A stretch of DNA of 64,000 nucleotides from Vicugna vicugna. Lineage: Eukaryota. Under the pieces are notes generated by a model that worked only from the letters and a program-made list of their open reading frames with translations, was not told the DNA's origin and did not search any database. The position numbers were made by a program, and so were the translations under genes. Positions 11,933 to 24,046 of the stretch are shown in pieces (positions within the stretch are counted from its first letter, which is position 1; each line of letters starts with the position of its first letter). Location of the stretch: assembly GCA_013265495.1 (NCBI GenBank), contig MU058065.1:6200302-6264301 (forward strand), in the 5' to 3' direction.

Positions 11933-12379
11933 TCGGGCGGGGCCTAGCTGTCCTTTGCCCCAGGGGAGCCTGGTGGACAGGAACCGAGCCCCAGGCCAGG
12001 TCTGCGCAGCAAGTGGCTGCGGGGTGAGGTGGCCACCCCTCCCCTATCCCCACTGCGACTGTTCCCAAGCTCGGCCCTTTCACCGCTAGCTTTCCTCAGC
12101 ATCTGCCGGGTTCCCGGGACTCTAAGAGGTTGGGAAGGAAGGGAAATCGAGGCATGTCGCGGAGGGTCAAGAACTAGACGCTGGGACGCTAGTAGAGACA
12201 ATCGCTAGACAGTGGGCCACAGACCCCACTAAGCAACTCCCACCGTGAATCTGAATCCGCAGACCAGGGGATGTCCCACCTTCCCTAGGACACCCACTTC
12301 CCGCTCCCCCTAACCTCCGCCTGGCAGCCTCTGTCCTCATCTCCTCCCCCGTACCCCTCCCCGCCAGGCAGGTGGGTGG

Positions 12380-12640
12380 AAAAGTGACATCTGGTGTTGT
12401 TCCAGAGGCGCCCAGGTCCCCGACATTCCCCCTCCACCCCCACCGCCAAGGCCTCGTAGAAGCTCCGGCCCCAAAGCCCAGGCGGGGGCAGGGAGAGGGG
12501 TGAGGGGCGCTCCGCCTCCTCTGAGTCAATATTTGCCCCGAGCAAACGGGCGCCCGGACAGGTGTGAGTGTGAGTGTGTGTGTGTGTCTAGGGGCGGGGA
12601 CTGAGCAGGCCGTATAAAGCGCGCGGAGCCCAGGCTCCGG
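12380..12640 (+). promoter_or_regulatory. MIR375 promoter
   Basis: TATAAA 12613-12618; GC box GGGGCGGGG ~12591; E-boxes CATCTG(G) 12388-12393 and CAGGTG 12559-12564; AP-1 TGAGTCA 12522-12528; forkhead-like TATTTGC ~12530 and GCAAAC ~12542; inside a CpG island. Confidence 0.75.
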
Positions 12641-12890
12641 CACAAGCTCCGGGGCGTGGGCTGGGGACCAAGCCAAGCAGGGCCAGGCCGGGTGGAGGAC
12701 GGCCAGAAAGGGAGGGGCGGGCCAGGTGCGCACATGCAGTGGCCGCCGCGGCGGCCGCCGACGTGTCAACCAGAGATGCGCGCAGGTGAGGGCAGCGGCT
12801 AGCGGAGCGCTGTGCGGCACTGCGCTCGCCGGAGACCAGGACCAGGAGACCACCGAGGGCCACAGCCATGCCCCGGGCCCTCCGCTCCCG

Positions 12891-12954
12891 CCCCGCGACG
12901 AGCCCCTCGCACAAACCGGACTTGAGCGTTTTGTTCGTTCGGCTCGCGTGAGGC
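12891..12954 (+). ncRNA. MIR375: pre-miR-375 hairpin; mature miR-375-3p at 12930-12951
   Basis: Exact mature sequence TTTGTTCGTTCGGCTCGCGTGA with 5' arm CCCCGCGACGAGCCCCTCGCACAAACC; expected position between CFAP65 and CRYBA2. Confidence 0.98.
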
Positions 12955-15900
12955 AGGGGCGGCCTCTCAACACCGGCCCGGGGACCCGGCCTGATCGCCA
13001 CGCAGGCACCTGTCGCCGCCGCCGCCGCTGCCGCCATACGGATCGGGGAGGCTGTGCTCCTCCACTCGGGGAGATCCGGCTCCCATCCGGCCCCGCCCGC
13101 CGGGCCACGTCCTGCCCGCAACTCCTGGGCTGCCCGGCTTAATTCCGGGTAACAAGGGCCAGCCCAGCAGACTCCACCGGGTGGCACAGGGGGTTGTGGC
13201 CCAGGGCAGGAGTCCTTCCGGAGATGGAAATCTGGCTTCTAGCCTGGCTCTGTCGCAGCGATTTCTGTGGCCTTGGCTAAGTCACCCATTTGCACAATGA
13301 GGGGGCTTGATCTGGCCCCCCTGCAAGAGCCCCAACAGTCCCCATATCCTGGTTTCTGGGCTTTTAGTGATACTGAGCCCCCTGACCCAGGAAGTTGGAG
13401 GCCCTCAGGGGGTTGGAGCAACAGCTATGAGGTGTGGAAATTCTGGGGGGTGGGGAGCTAGAACCACGATGGAGATCAGGTCTGGCTCTTGGGGATCTCT
13501 TTGGTGCTGACATCCTGAGGGTTCACTCCCTGCCATACCCTTGGCCCATCGTTTAGTCTTCCCGTCCGAGACAGACTGTCAGACTTATTGAAAAGGACAA
13601 ACATAGGGCCTGGAAGCCCTTGCCTGATGGGGCTATCAGGCACAGCAGCTCACCATTTTCCCCAAAATTCATAATCCCAAGGCCTCTTGTTTCAGTCAGC
13701 TGGGGGTGGAGATGGGTTTAAGTGGCCCTCAAATTAGGTGGGAGTCTATGCGTCATTAGCCATAATTCAAATGTGGAACATGCCACCCCCCTTTCCAGTG
13801 ATTCAAAGTGTTCAGATCTGACATGCGGGAGAAGGAGGAAGATTGTACCAGACCTGTAGCCTCCTGCTTGGAGAGCCTAGAGCTGAGGGCTGGGGAGAGT
13901 CTGAGCCTCCAGCTGAGTCTCTGTTCTTCCATTCCAGGTGTCCTCCATTCCCCCTCCAAAAACTGATGGTGAGGCTTAACCAGCCTCAGAGGGAGGGGCC
14001 CGGTGTAGGTCAGGGGTGGAAAGAAGGCTCCTTGGACAGCAATAAGGAGTACCAGTTTCCCCTAAAGGTGAGGAAGCATCATGGGGAGGGACTGTATCCC
14101 CTCACACCCAGGTAAATGTGGCCCCCAGGGAGATGGGAATGAGGGTCAGGAGTCACTGGTCCCTCCTGATTCTAATTTGGATGTTCCTGGATGTGCTGGC
14201 TTGCCCCCTCCACTTTCCCCCAACTTCACTGCCACCCCTCACCCAACTACCCGCAGGCTCCGCGGGATCTGCTGAGTCTTTGGCAGAAAGAAAGGGAGGG
14301 GGAGGGGATGAGATGGCTCTGACAGATCCCAGGCAGGTCTGGGGAGAGGGTGGACTGCAGACTAGAACTGTGTGCAGCAGCCCTGGGGCAGGAGGGTGCT
14401 TGGTTGGGGGAGATCCATGGGTCCCAGGCTGGATGTGTGCAGCCCCCATCCTGGCTTCCCTGACCAGACTACTGTCCTGGGCCCAGCCCTCTGTTCCTTG
14501 CCTGGCACTGATTGATTTTCCTGTCAGGGGCCTGGCGGGGTGCTGGTACATCTTTGTGTCTTTGAAGGCTTCTTCTCCCTTCCCCCAATCATGGAAGAGA
14601 GCTAGAGCGCTCTCCCTCTGGCTAGGATTCCAGATCCTGGGGCTACACAACAAAAAGGTCTCCCCCTGGAATGAATCCCCCTCCGTACACACACAAAAGT
14701 GCACAGAGCATTCCTTGGGGGAGGGGTGAGAAGAATAAGGCCGCCAGTGGGCTAGGATCTGCCCTTGTGACAGAGAGCCACTGCCTCTTCCCCCAAAGGG
14801 GCCTAATTTCCCCAGACATCCACCGCCCCCATCCCCAAGACCCGCATTTCCTGGACTTGGCCAAGAATCCAGCCTCTCCTGCAGGTCCCTCCTCCCCTGC
14901 CTGGCCAGGGGCGGAGTCTCCAGGCGCCAGGCAGGCCTGCAGGTGCGGGGAGTGCTCAGCAGCTGGTGCTCGAGGTGGGCCCCTACTCCCTCCCCCTTCC
15001 TGCTCTAAGCGGGAGCCTGCTTCCTGTCATCCCTGTCACCACCCTGGGCGGGGGAGGGGACAGGTAATGGAGGAAGCGGAAAAAGGGAAACAGCAGTTGG
15101 AGTGAGGCCGTAGGGGGACTGGGAAACAGCAGTTGAGACACGGAGAGGAGAGAAGGATGAGAAACAGCGGGGAACCGGGGAACCGAAGCAGAAGCACAGA
15201 GGGACAGATAGAGGGTGCAGCCCAGAGGGGTGTGAGGAAGATTTCAGGGTCCAGAGGGGCTGAAGATCACCTCCACCCCTAACCCCAGACAGTGAAAGCG
15301 AGAGCTAGAGCGAGACCAGAGACAGACAGACAAGCATAAAGAGATGCGCACTCCAGAGAGATGGAGGGATTTGAAGATGCTGAGTCAGAGGTCAGGGTAA
15401 CCAGGTCTGGAAGGCACAATGTGTGCGAAAGAAGGGATAGGCTAAGTGAAAACAACCTCCATCCCAGCCCACATCAGGATGGGGAATTACCCACAACAGA
15501 AGAGAAAGAGATGGATTCTACGTGAGCTGCAAATGGGACAGCCAGGGCTGGAGGTGGAGGTGATACCCCTATCTTGGGAGCCCCATCTCACCCCATTACA
15601 GGGCAGAAGGTGAAGAGGGGCATAGCTCAGGCCACGTGAGCAGGGAGGGGCATGGATCTGACTCCATCTCTTCCCTTTTCTCTCTTGGCCACAGCTGGAC
15701 AGCCAGACAGCTGTGGCAGCTACCCTGCCCCCACTACCTACCTGCTGATTCTGGCCCAGCCTTGGAACTTCTGGGCGTGGTAGTTGTCCAGGGTCTATGG
15801 AGGATGAGGGGACCTGGGAGTGGAGGAACTGGTTGTGGGGGGGCTCATACCCAGGTGCTAATCCCCAATCCAGCCAAGGCAGAACCAGAGCCTCACTGAC

Positions 15901-16504
15901 CTTCTCAGAGATTAGTCCCCATGGTGACAGTGGCAACTTGCCCCCTCACTCTGGCTAGGCCAGGTGTGTGTGTGTGTAGGGAGGGGAAGTTGGTGGGGGC
16001 AGGCAGAGGCTGGATAGGGAGGGAAGGGAGACTTCCTGAGGCATCACAGGATCACAGGAGTCATGGCTATGAGGCCCCGCGAGGACCAGCAGTTAACTTA
16101 GTTTTCAGGTACAAAACTGTGGCCCCAAGATGGGGAGTGACCCACCCAAGTACACGTATGGAACCAGGAAAAGCACCGGGACCAGAAGTCAGATCTCTGG
16201 TTCTACTCAGAGGAGAATAGAGGCCTGAACAAAACAAAGGAAATTGCGATCCCCCTACCTCTACCCCGCACCCTCCCAAGCCTGGCCAACTGAGCTCATC
16301 AGCAGAGTGGCTCTAATTGGGGGGAAGCAGGAAGGCTCCCCATCCTGAGTGCTAGGCTGGCTCCCACAGGACAAGTGTGGGACTGGGTTGGGCAGGATGC
16401 AGCTATGCTTGCTGCCCTGACTCCTCCCCACAACCCAGCCCAGCCCCAGGTGGGGTGAGAAGAACCAGTCAGCAAAGCCACTTAGAACCACAGCCACCAC
16501 AACA

Positions 16505-16715
16505 CTAATAGCTCATGTTTATTTGGTGCCTACTGCAGGTCAGTTCTAGGGTTTTACATGCATTTAAATCTTCATGACTATTTTAAAGACTATTACTCCC
16601 ATTTTACAGAGGGAAAAATCGAGGAGTACAAGTTCATCCAGCTTATAAGCAGTAGAGCTTGGATTTGAACCCTGGCAGCAGCACAGTGACTCCAGAGGCT
16701 GAACTCTTAACCCTT
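16505..16715 (-). mobile_element. MIR SINE
   Basis: cccattttacagagggaaaaatcgagg...ggatttgaaccctggcag...ctcttaacc. Confidence 0.65.
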
Positions 16716-18979
16716 CAGTGTCTGTATGTTCATGGGTGGGTGACTGAGATGATCTTTCCTAGGTGACTGTCATGTGGGTTGTATGCATGCGAAGGTGCAC
16801 GAGGGTATACTCGAGTGTGACTCCAACATCCAGCACAGTACCTGGCACATAGTACATCTTATTCAGTACTTGAGGTATCAGTGAGTGAACAAATGTCTGC
16901 TTGTAAATGAGTGTGACCACTGAGGTGTTTATTGAATCCTAGAAGAGACTGTTCACATGTGATGCATGTGGGGTTCATTCCTTGTAAACGTGTGCATGTG
17001 TGAGCCCTCTCCCTGCCGCCCTGTGCAAGCCCCATGGCTTTATGTCTAGGTGAGTGGGTGGTGGTGAAAGCTGCCTCCCATCTCCCTGGATGGGGGCCAG
17101 TTCTCCATCCCCACTGAGGGGCAGAGAAGAAGGGCTCTGTTGACAGTGGGATAGGACAATGGGTCTCTGTGGGTGGGGCTCCTGCCCCCTCAGTACCCAC
17201 CTCTTTCAGGCCCAGCTGTCGGACCCTGTCTGAGCTGAGCTAGTCTCTCACCCGTGTTATCTCTGTCTCCCAGGATACCAGACCTCACAGCCCCAGGGAA
17301 GGTGCTCGCTGCCAGTTCCTCGATCCAGACCAGGAGAGGGGGTGGGGAGTAGAGAAACAGGGCTACAAAGGAGGGACTGGTGATGGTACAGAGTGGGGGA
17401 GGGCACCACTCACAGAATTTGCATCTTCAGTCACCAAAGCCCTGGCTGATTTCCCAGTGAAATGAGGGATAAGGGATGGGAGCAGGCCGACTTGAGGAGA
17501 GGACGTTGGCACCACTAAGCTGCCCAGCAGTACTGAGAAGTTGGGCTGTTCATGGGATGAGGCTTAATATGAGGGAGGCGTCACTTCTCTGGGGATTATC
17601 AGGGCCTTTACCTGGGATGGAAACGTAGGTGTGAGCCCAGGATTGGGTTTGAGGGTTTCTTTGTCAGATCTACATTTCCCCCATATGGGATGAGGATCTA
17701 AATGAAACCCAAGGTTTCACTGTGGGCACAGGACTGAGTCTGAGGGCTTCTCCGTGTGATCTTAGGGTACTTTAAGGGATGGGTGTTTTGGTAGAATCAT
17801 GGGTGTGGGGGGGTCCTGAAGATTTTTCAGTAGGGACCAAAGGTCCCTATATGAGACTAAGGACTGGATAGGGTGAGGGTGGGGAGTTCCTTTCCAGTAA
17901 TGAGAGTGCCATGAGAGTCCCGTGGATGTGTAGACCTGAAGACACTTGTTTTTCAGTCCACACAACTCCCCCCGCCTCTGCTCCATGCCCAGAGGCCGAG
18001 GCTGTGGATGTGGAGGAGGTAGGGGTGAGGGTGCTGAGTTGGCAAACAAAGCCACCTGTGCATCCATCCTTCAGGAAGCTCTGAGCTCAACTCATCTGGG
18101 AAAACAAACAGGACCAGCTGCTGGGGGCTGAAAGGGGGCTAGTAGGGGATTGAGTTGGGGAGGCCTGGGGAACTGGAGGTGCACCAGCCTGGTGGAGAAA
18201 GAAGGCTGGCAGGGGGTCCACAGTACAAAAAAGGGACAGGGATCCCAGAGCCCCATTCTAGCACCACCTTCTCTTCAAGGGCTCTTTCTTCCCCTTCTTG
18301 GTGACTATGAGTCCCAGAGCCAGGGAGGGGTCTAGGGGATGTGGGGAGCCCCAGAGAGGGCTAGAGATCTTCTGGGCAACTGGCTATTGGCAGTATTGGT
18401 GGGCATGCCCATTTCTGAGAGAGCTGGTGAAGACAGAACCAAAAGCCCTGGACAATAGGGTGGTGATGGTGGGACCTACACAGCCTTCTCCTTATGAGGA
18501 AACTGAGGCAGAGAAGGGGAGAGGCTAGCTAGTGCAATATAGTTACTTAGTGCGCAGAAAAGATCAGAATTCAGGACTAGGAGAGCGATGGCTGTTCTAA
18601 CACACAGCTCTCCACCACAAAGCCTAGCCCGACTCTTAAGTCTAACTTAGATCTCAGCTGTATTATCTCCCCACCACTTCCCCTCTCCCCCTCTCCCCCC
18701 ACATCCCTTCTGTGGAATACAGTCACTTCTCACCAACACCCGGACTGGAAATTGCCTTCCCAGACCCCCAGACTCAGCCCGCGCAAACACATCGTCCAGC
18801 CTCTAACAAACACCCTCACACCCTGGGGACTAGCACTCCGCGCCCGCGTCACGGACCGGCGCAGACGCACAGCCTGACGCACTCGCCACCCGCGCCCGCA
18901 GCCCCTCCCGACCGCAGCCTCCCACCAACTCCGGCTTCCAACCGCCCCACCGCGCTAGCGTTCCACCCAGCGCGGTCCC

Positions 18980-19012
18980 GTGCGCCCTCAGGTGGCCAAA
19001 TGCAGAATTGCC
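18980..19012 (-). promoter_or_regulatory. CTCF motif, reverse, with upstream (U) module
   Basis: Minus strand reads GGCAATTCT-GCATT-TGGCCACCTGAGGGCGCAC: core plus a TGCAGTTCC-like module at 5-bp spacing, in a small CpG-rich patch. Confidence 0.65.
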
Positions 19013-19559
19013 GGATAGAGATGGGATTGGACGAGAGAAGGGGGAAGTCTGTCCTCATTTCCCACCGCTCCCATTAGCCCCGACTTGTGAAACCTAGCCA
19101 AGTGCCAGGACACAGAGTCCAGGACTGAATCTTTCCTCCCTCAATAATTTGTATTTCCTCTTTTTGGTCTGAGGGAGATTACACCCTACCTCTTTTTCCA
19201 AACCCCATCTAGCATAGGGAGTCAGGGATCTGGGCATGGTTCTGAATCCATCCCCAAGCAACCCTGGTTGTGGTTATCCCTTCACTGACTCAAAACCTTC
19301 AAATTGGACTTTACTCCCTATGTTCTAGGGCCTCTTACTTTTGACATTCACCTTCACACATGTGATCCTCAACAGCAGTTCCTCACCAGTGAAAATAGAG
19401 ACCCAAGGGAGACGCCAGTTTTCCCCAGTGCCTCTTCTCAGCACGCCAGAAATTTAGGGGTGGGGAGGTTGGTAGGATAAGCAAACCATCACCCCCTACT
19501 CTCACTGGAGAATTTCTTCTACACCCCTTCCCCCATGGGCTTTAGCCCAGCCTGACCAC

Positions 19560-19950
19560 CTTGTTCACTCACTCATTTGAGAAGTTTTATTGAGCACCTA
19601 CTATATGTCCAGCATTGATCTAGTCTGGAGGATAACAACTGAGAACAAGACTGACACAGCCCTTGACCCTTTAAATGGAGCTTACACTCCAGTACAAAAA
19701 CAGACACTCAGTACATCTATACACAAAAGATGGAAAAGACAAATATACAGAGTAATAAATACTATAATGAAAACAGAGTGATGTGATGGACAGTAAATGT
19801 CAGGAACAGCATCCCCTATAGAGTAAAAAAGGAGCCTACATGCCAAGATCTTGTGACTAAGACACTCCAGGTAACAGGAAAAGCAAATGCAAAGGCTATG
19901 AGTTGGAAATGAGCTTGGAAGTTCGAGAAAACATAGAGGCCAGCATGGCT
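19560..19950 (-). mobile_element. L2 3'-end fragment
   Basis: ttcactcactcatt...tttattgagcacctactatatgtccagcatt. Confidence 0.6.
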
Positions 19951-21419
19951 AGACTTCCAGCTGCATCTGGCTTGTGAACCAACCCTTTAGTCACAGGAGG
20001 TTGGGTGGCAAGAGCACTGGCTTTGCAGTCAAAAGGTCTAAATTCTAATCTTGCTCTGACACTGGCTAGCCATGTGGATTTGGAAAAGGCCTCGTACCTC
20101 CTGGAGCCCCAGTTTCCACGTCTGTTCACTCAAACCTACGACCTTGGACTGTTGAGTCTGTAAGGAAAGCACTTGGTTCGTGAAAACAAGATATTTGTTT
20201 CTCACTCGCTCCTCTACTTCTGCTAGAATACCCACTCCATTAAGGAAAACTCACGATTTTGAGCTTTCACAATTGACAGCTGTGATGGTTAGGAAATTCT
20301 GCTGCAAGTTGTGAGGAAATTTTTTCCTGGAGTTTCCCTTGGGGCTGCAAACCTTTTCCCTTCCATTTCTCCCTCCTTGCTCCCCACCTTCCTCACCCTG
20401 CCCCAAATGTGGCACTAGGATCGAAAGTAAGAGCCTAAGGCCTACAGTCAAAACAGAAGCCCGGGTTTGTACCTCAATTAGGCCACTTGTTATCTGGGTG
20501 GCTGCTGCCCCACTCCTCCACCCCCGACTGCGTTCCAGAACACCTTTGGGCCGCTTCTTCACCTATGAAATGCAAGGCAATGACAGTGCCTACCTACCTC
20601 AGCCGGTCAGTGCCAGAATTAGCTGAGATCATGCACGTAAAAGCTCTGAGCAGAGTCTGGCCTGAACTAAGCGCTCAATTATCAGCTGCTAGCTCCAGGC
20701 AGACGTCAGGACCGGAGGCCCCAGATTCTGGAGCTCGCTCTGGTGGCTTGTGGCGTCGCGGTTCCGGCCACCCTAAAGCTGAAAGGCTCTTTCTACCTAC
20801 CGTAGTAAGCCACTCGCTTACTCTTATTCCTAAACGCTTTGTAAATCCGCTTCTTCCCTCGGGTAGTTCAAGTTTCCTGCGCTGAGCGCCGCCTTGCGGC
20901 GAGTCCTGGTCATTACCTCTTCTTGGCCCCTTTGCGCAGGAAAAACACCGGGAGCTCATCGTCAGGTCTGGGAACTTGGAAGGAAAGGGGGCGCGATGGC
21001 CCATCCTCCAGGGAAAAGAGGACTGAAGGGCGTAAGGAAAGTCGCTTGCGAGGAGTCTTGCCTATTTCCTCCCAAGAGTCGCCCAAAAGAGAGGTCTTGA
21101 CCTAGGGCTGAAGAAAAGGTGGCGTTTAGACGCTGGAAAGGACTTCCGCGCCTCGAGTTAGGAAGGTGCAGTTTTAGCTCCGCCCTAACTCCAAGAGTGG
21201 GCCGGGTACCTCTGTCCCCGAGGGTCTGTGCCAGGGAGGGTGCGCCTTGCCCGGCTCAGGCCCCCCAAAAAGAAAAAGCAGAGTCAGCCTCGCCTGTGGC
21301 GGGCGCGGGACGTGTGCCTCAGCACTTTCTATTGTAATATCCGAGGGTTGGGGCCAGGTCAGCGGCTGCGGGAAAGGCCTCGGCTCTCCGGGGAACATCA
21401 GCGCGGACCGAAGTTTGCC

Positions 21420-21484
21420 CGCTGACTCAGCTCCCCCCACCGCAGCGGGAGAGGGTGCAGGGCGGGGGTGAAACCTAGTATAAA
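21420..21484 (+). promoter_or_regulatory. CRYBA2 proximal promoter (MARE, GC box, TATA)
   Basis: cGCTGACTCAGCt 21420-21432 (11/13 to the Maf element TGCTGACTCAGCA); GGGCGGGG ~21460; TATAAA 21479-21484. Confidence 0.7.
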
Positions 21485-21504
21485 GCCCCGCACACCCAGC
21501 CCGC

Positions 21505-21548
21505 GCGCAACTTCTCCATTTTCGGACACTACCGCGCTCACCCACCCG
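21505..21548 (+). other. CRYBA2: Probable non-coding first exon of CRYBA2 (start approximate)
   Basis: Begins ~25 nt after the TATA box and ends at a CCG|GTGAAT donor; a matching acceptor (ccttcttgtctgcAG, 21728) sits 4 nt before the ATG. Confidence 0.55.
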
Positions 21549-21732
21549 GTGAATACTTGGTGGAGGGGTGGACTCCCTTCGGGCGAGAAAGGGAGAGATG
21601 GGGGAGAGCCACTAGTAGCCCGGTTCCAGCCGGCGGAGCCTTCACCTCCTACCCTGATTGGGAGGGTCCGGGCCTGGGAGGGGGCTTTCTAGACGCTGAG
21701 CGATTGGTCCCATCCTTCTTGTCTGCAGCGGC

Positions 21733-21893
21733 ATGAGCAGTGCCCCTGCGCAGGGCCCAGCGCCCGCCTGCCTCACGCTTTGGGATGAGGAGGACTTTCA
21801 GGGCCGCCGCTGCCGGCTGCTGAGTGACTGCGCCAACATCGGCGAGCGCGGAGGCCTGCGCCGGGTGCGCTCAATCAAGGTGGAAAATGGCGC
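21733..21893 (+). CDS. CRYBA2: Beta-crystallin A2, coding exon 1
   Basis: ATG 21733; MSSAPAQGPAPACLTLWDEEDFQGRRCRLLSDCANIGERGGLRRVRSIKVENG(A); GC|GTGAGT donor; Greek-key motif. Confidence 0.96.
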
Positions 21894-22682
21894 GTGAGTG
21901 ATTGTTCCCCCGCGGGTGGTCTAGGTTGGGGGGCGCCAGGCTTCCTGGCGCAAGCTCCGAGTCTGAGCCCTTGGCTCGGCTCGGCTCCCAGCCCTCTGTT
22001 CTCCAGACTATATTCAAGTCCTGCCTGAGAGAGACCCACCCACATGGAAAATCCCTAGGCTTCCCCGAAGCTCCCAGCCAGCATCAAGACAAATCATGAG
22101 AAAGCGTGTATCCTCGTGTGAGTTAAAGGGATAAAGGTGGGAAGCGATCCTTTGCGGGACCCCGTGGGGTCAGCCTGAATCCTTAAGGGGTTCCCAGGGT
22201 AGTTTTGTACTCCTCAAAGTTAGATAGATGGCTCTGCGATTCTTTTAAAAAAGAGGCCAAATCCCTTCTGCTCACCCTACCCTGGCCTCCTAGAGCCTGG
22301 GGCCCTCTGGAGAGCTGAGGTATCCGAAATATTGCAGTCCGTTGCTATCACAGGTTGCTGTCGTAGGTTGGGGATTCCTACGCCTAGCTTTGCAGCGACC
22401 TAAATCCTTGAAGTAAGAGTGCTTTGTCAGGCGATCTTTGTAGACTGGAAAACTCATTCCAGTCTGGGGGCCTTGAGCTGGAAGACTGGACCCCTCAAAC
22501 CCCAGATAGCAGCCAGCTTAGGATCTTTAGCCTCTACAAGGGCTGGGTTGCCTTGCTATGTGTGTGTCAGGGCAAAAGTCTAGGGTGGAGAAAAAGATCA
22601 ATTTTCATGGCAAGCATGGGGGAGTGGGAAGAAAGAATGAGGCTGGGGCAGATGCCTCCCAGCCTCCCTTATCTTTCCTCAG

Positions 22683-22824
22683 TTGGGTGGCCTTCGAGTA
22701 CCCCGACTTCCAGGGACAGCAATTCATTCTGGAGAAGGGTGACTATCCTCGCTGGAGCGCCTGGAGTGGCAGTGCTGGCCACCACAGCGACCAGCTGCTC
22801 TCCTTCCGGCCAGTGCTCTGCGCG
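22683..22824 (+). CDS. CRYBA2: Beta-crystallin A2, coding exon 2
   Basis: [49 protein letters not shown] / GTAAGC. Confidence 0.97.
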
Positions 22825-23038
22825 GTAAGCACAGCCCTGCCCCTCCTCTGCATCCTAGCTCCTAACTCCAGGCCCTGGCCCCACCATGGCACTTGGGAAA
22901 GACCATCCACTCACTGTATGAGGGGGTGTGTAAACACAGTCCTTGGGTGGGTAGTAGTGGTATTACTCTTCAGAACCAGAGTGGTTTGGAAAGTGGATTC
23001 CGGAAGTTTGGAATGTGGGCCTAAGCCAGGGGTCGGAA

Positions 23039-23059
23039 ATCAGCACCACGGACAGCGTC
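23039..23059 (+). promoter_or_regulatory. RE1/NRSE (REST site) in a CRYBA2 intron
   Basis: ATCAGCACCACGGACAGCGTC, 19/21 to consensus TTCAGCACCACGGACAGCGCC. Confidence 0.9.
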
Positions 23060-23903
23060 GGTAGCGTGCCAGTTTTGAACTCCCATTCGTTCCTCACATC
23101 CTGTTGTCCACATATATGAAGCGCCTCTGTTATCACATAGCTCTGTGAGGTCGAGGTGGCTGCGGTTAGCCTCATACATAGGTGTGGAAATGAGGCTCCG
23201 AGGGAAAAACTGATTTGCCCCAGGTCACAAGGGTTAACATGAAGATGAGACTAGAACTCAATCAGGCATTAAGCCTGAAACGGGTAAGCCTCTGTGTTTA
23301 TGTCTTGGGGGCGGGGGGAAGGGTTGGTAATGAATTTAATACACTGGAGGGGAAGATCTTACTTCCCATTTGTGCAGACTTATGTACCCTACTGATGAGG
23401 CCAGAGGCTATGGGGTGGAGGGCAAAGAGCAGGTGCTAACCTGGCCTGTCTGTTCTCACTCCCCCACGCAACACCCCTTAGGTGGGTCCTACCCAAGAGA
23501 AGCTGTGCCCAGGGTGCTGGGAAGGGGGTTGGATAGTCAATGAGGCCCTTAGGAAAACTCTTTTTTAGTGGACCAGATTTCTCCCAGGATCTCTGATTTT
23601 CCTCCTGCAAAACAGGTCCATGTCATAAGATGCCCTCTAGCCCTTACCTGGAAGGGTCTCTGGGAACCCCCAAGTCTCACCACCTCAACCCAAAGCCATA
23701 GAAGAGACTAGGCTGGGGACCTCTGAGCACTCTATCTTTCCAGACTGATATGGAGCTGATGGAGTGATCTCTGGATGTACTTGTGGATCCTGTCTGCCCA
23801 GCTTGTGTTGGGAGCAGAGTGGAAGGGAGTGGGACTGAGAATGTATCCATTAACACCTCTTCAGAGTGCCTGACCTGTCTACCCCTACCTTCTTGTGACT
23901 CAG

Positions 23904-24046
23904 AACCACAGTGACAGCCGTGTGACACTGTTTGAGGGGGAAAACTTCCAGGGCTGCAAGTTTGAACTCAGTGATGACTACCCATCCCTGCCCTCTATGG
24001 GCTGGGCCAGCAAGGATGTGGGTTCCCTCAAAGTCAGCTCTGGAGC
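23904..24046 (+). CDS. CRYBA2: Beta-crystallin A2, coding exon 3
   Basis: [47 protein letters not shown](A); AG / GTGAGT. Confidence 0.97.

Larger units (their letters stand above)
11150..13200. other. CpG island spanning the CFAP65 3' exons and MIR375
   Basis: Visibly high GC and CpG density. Confidence 0.8.

Noticed and set aside
12167..13187. Long minus-strand ORFs (313 aa and 199 aa) across MIR375
   Set aside because: Low-complexity Arg/Pro/Gly/Ala translations with no recognisable domain; expected in a stop-poor CpG island.
13200..21400. Many 60-200 aa ORFs between MIR375 and CRYBA2
   Set aside because: No splice-consistent exon chain or recognisable protein features; consistent with random ORFs and repeats.
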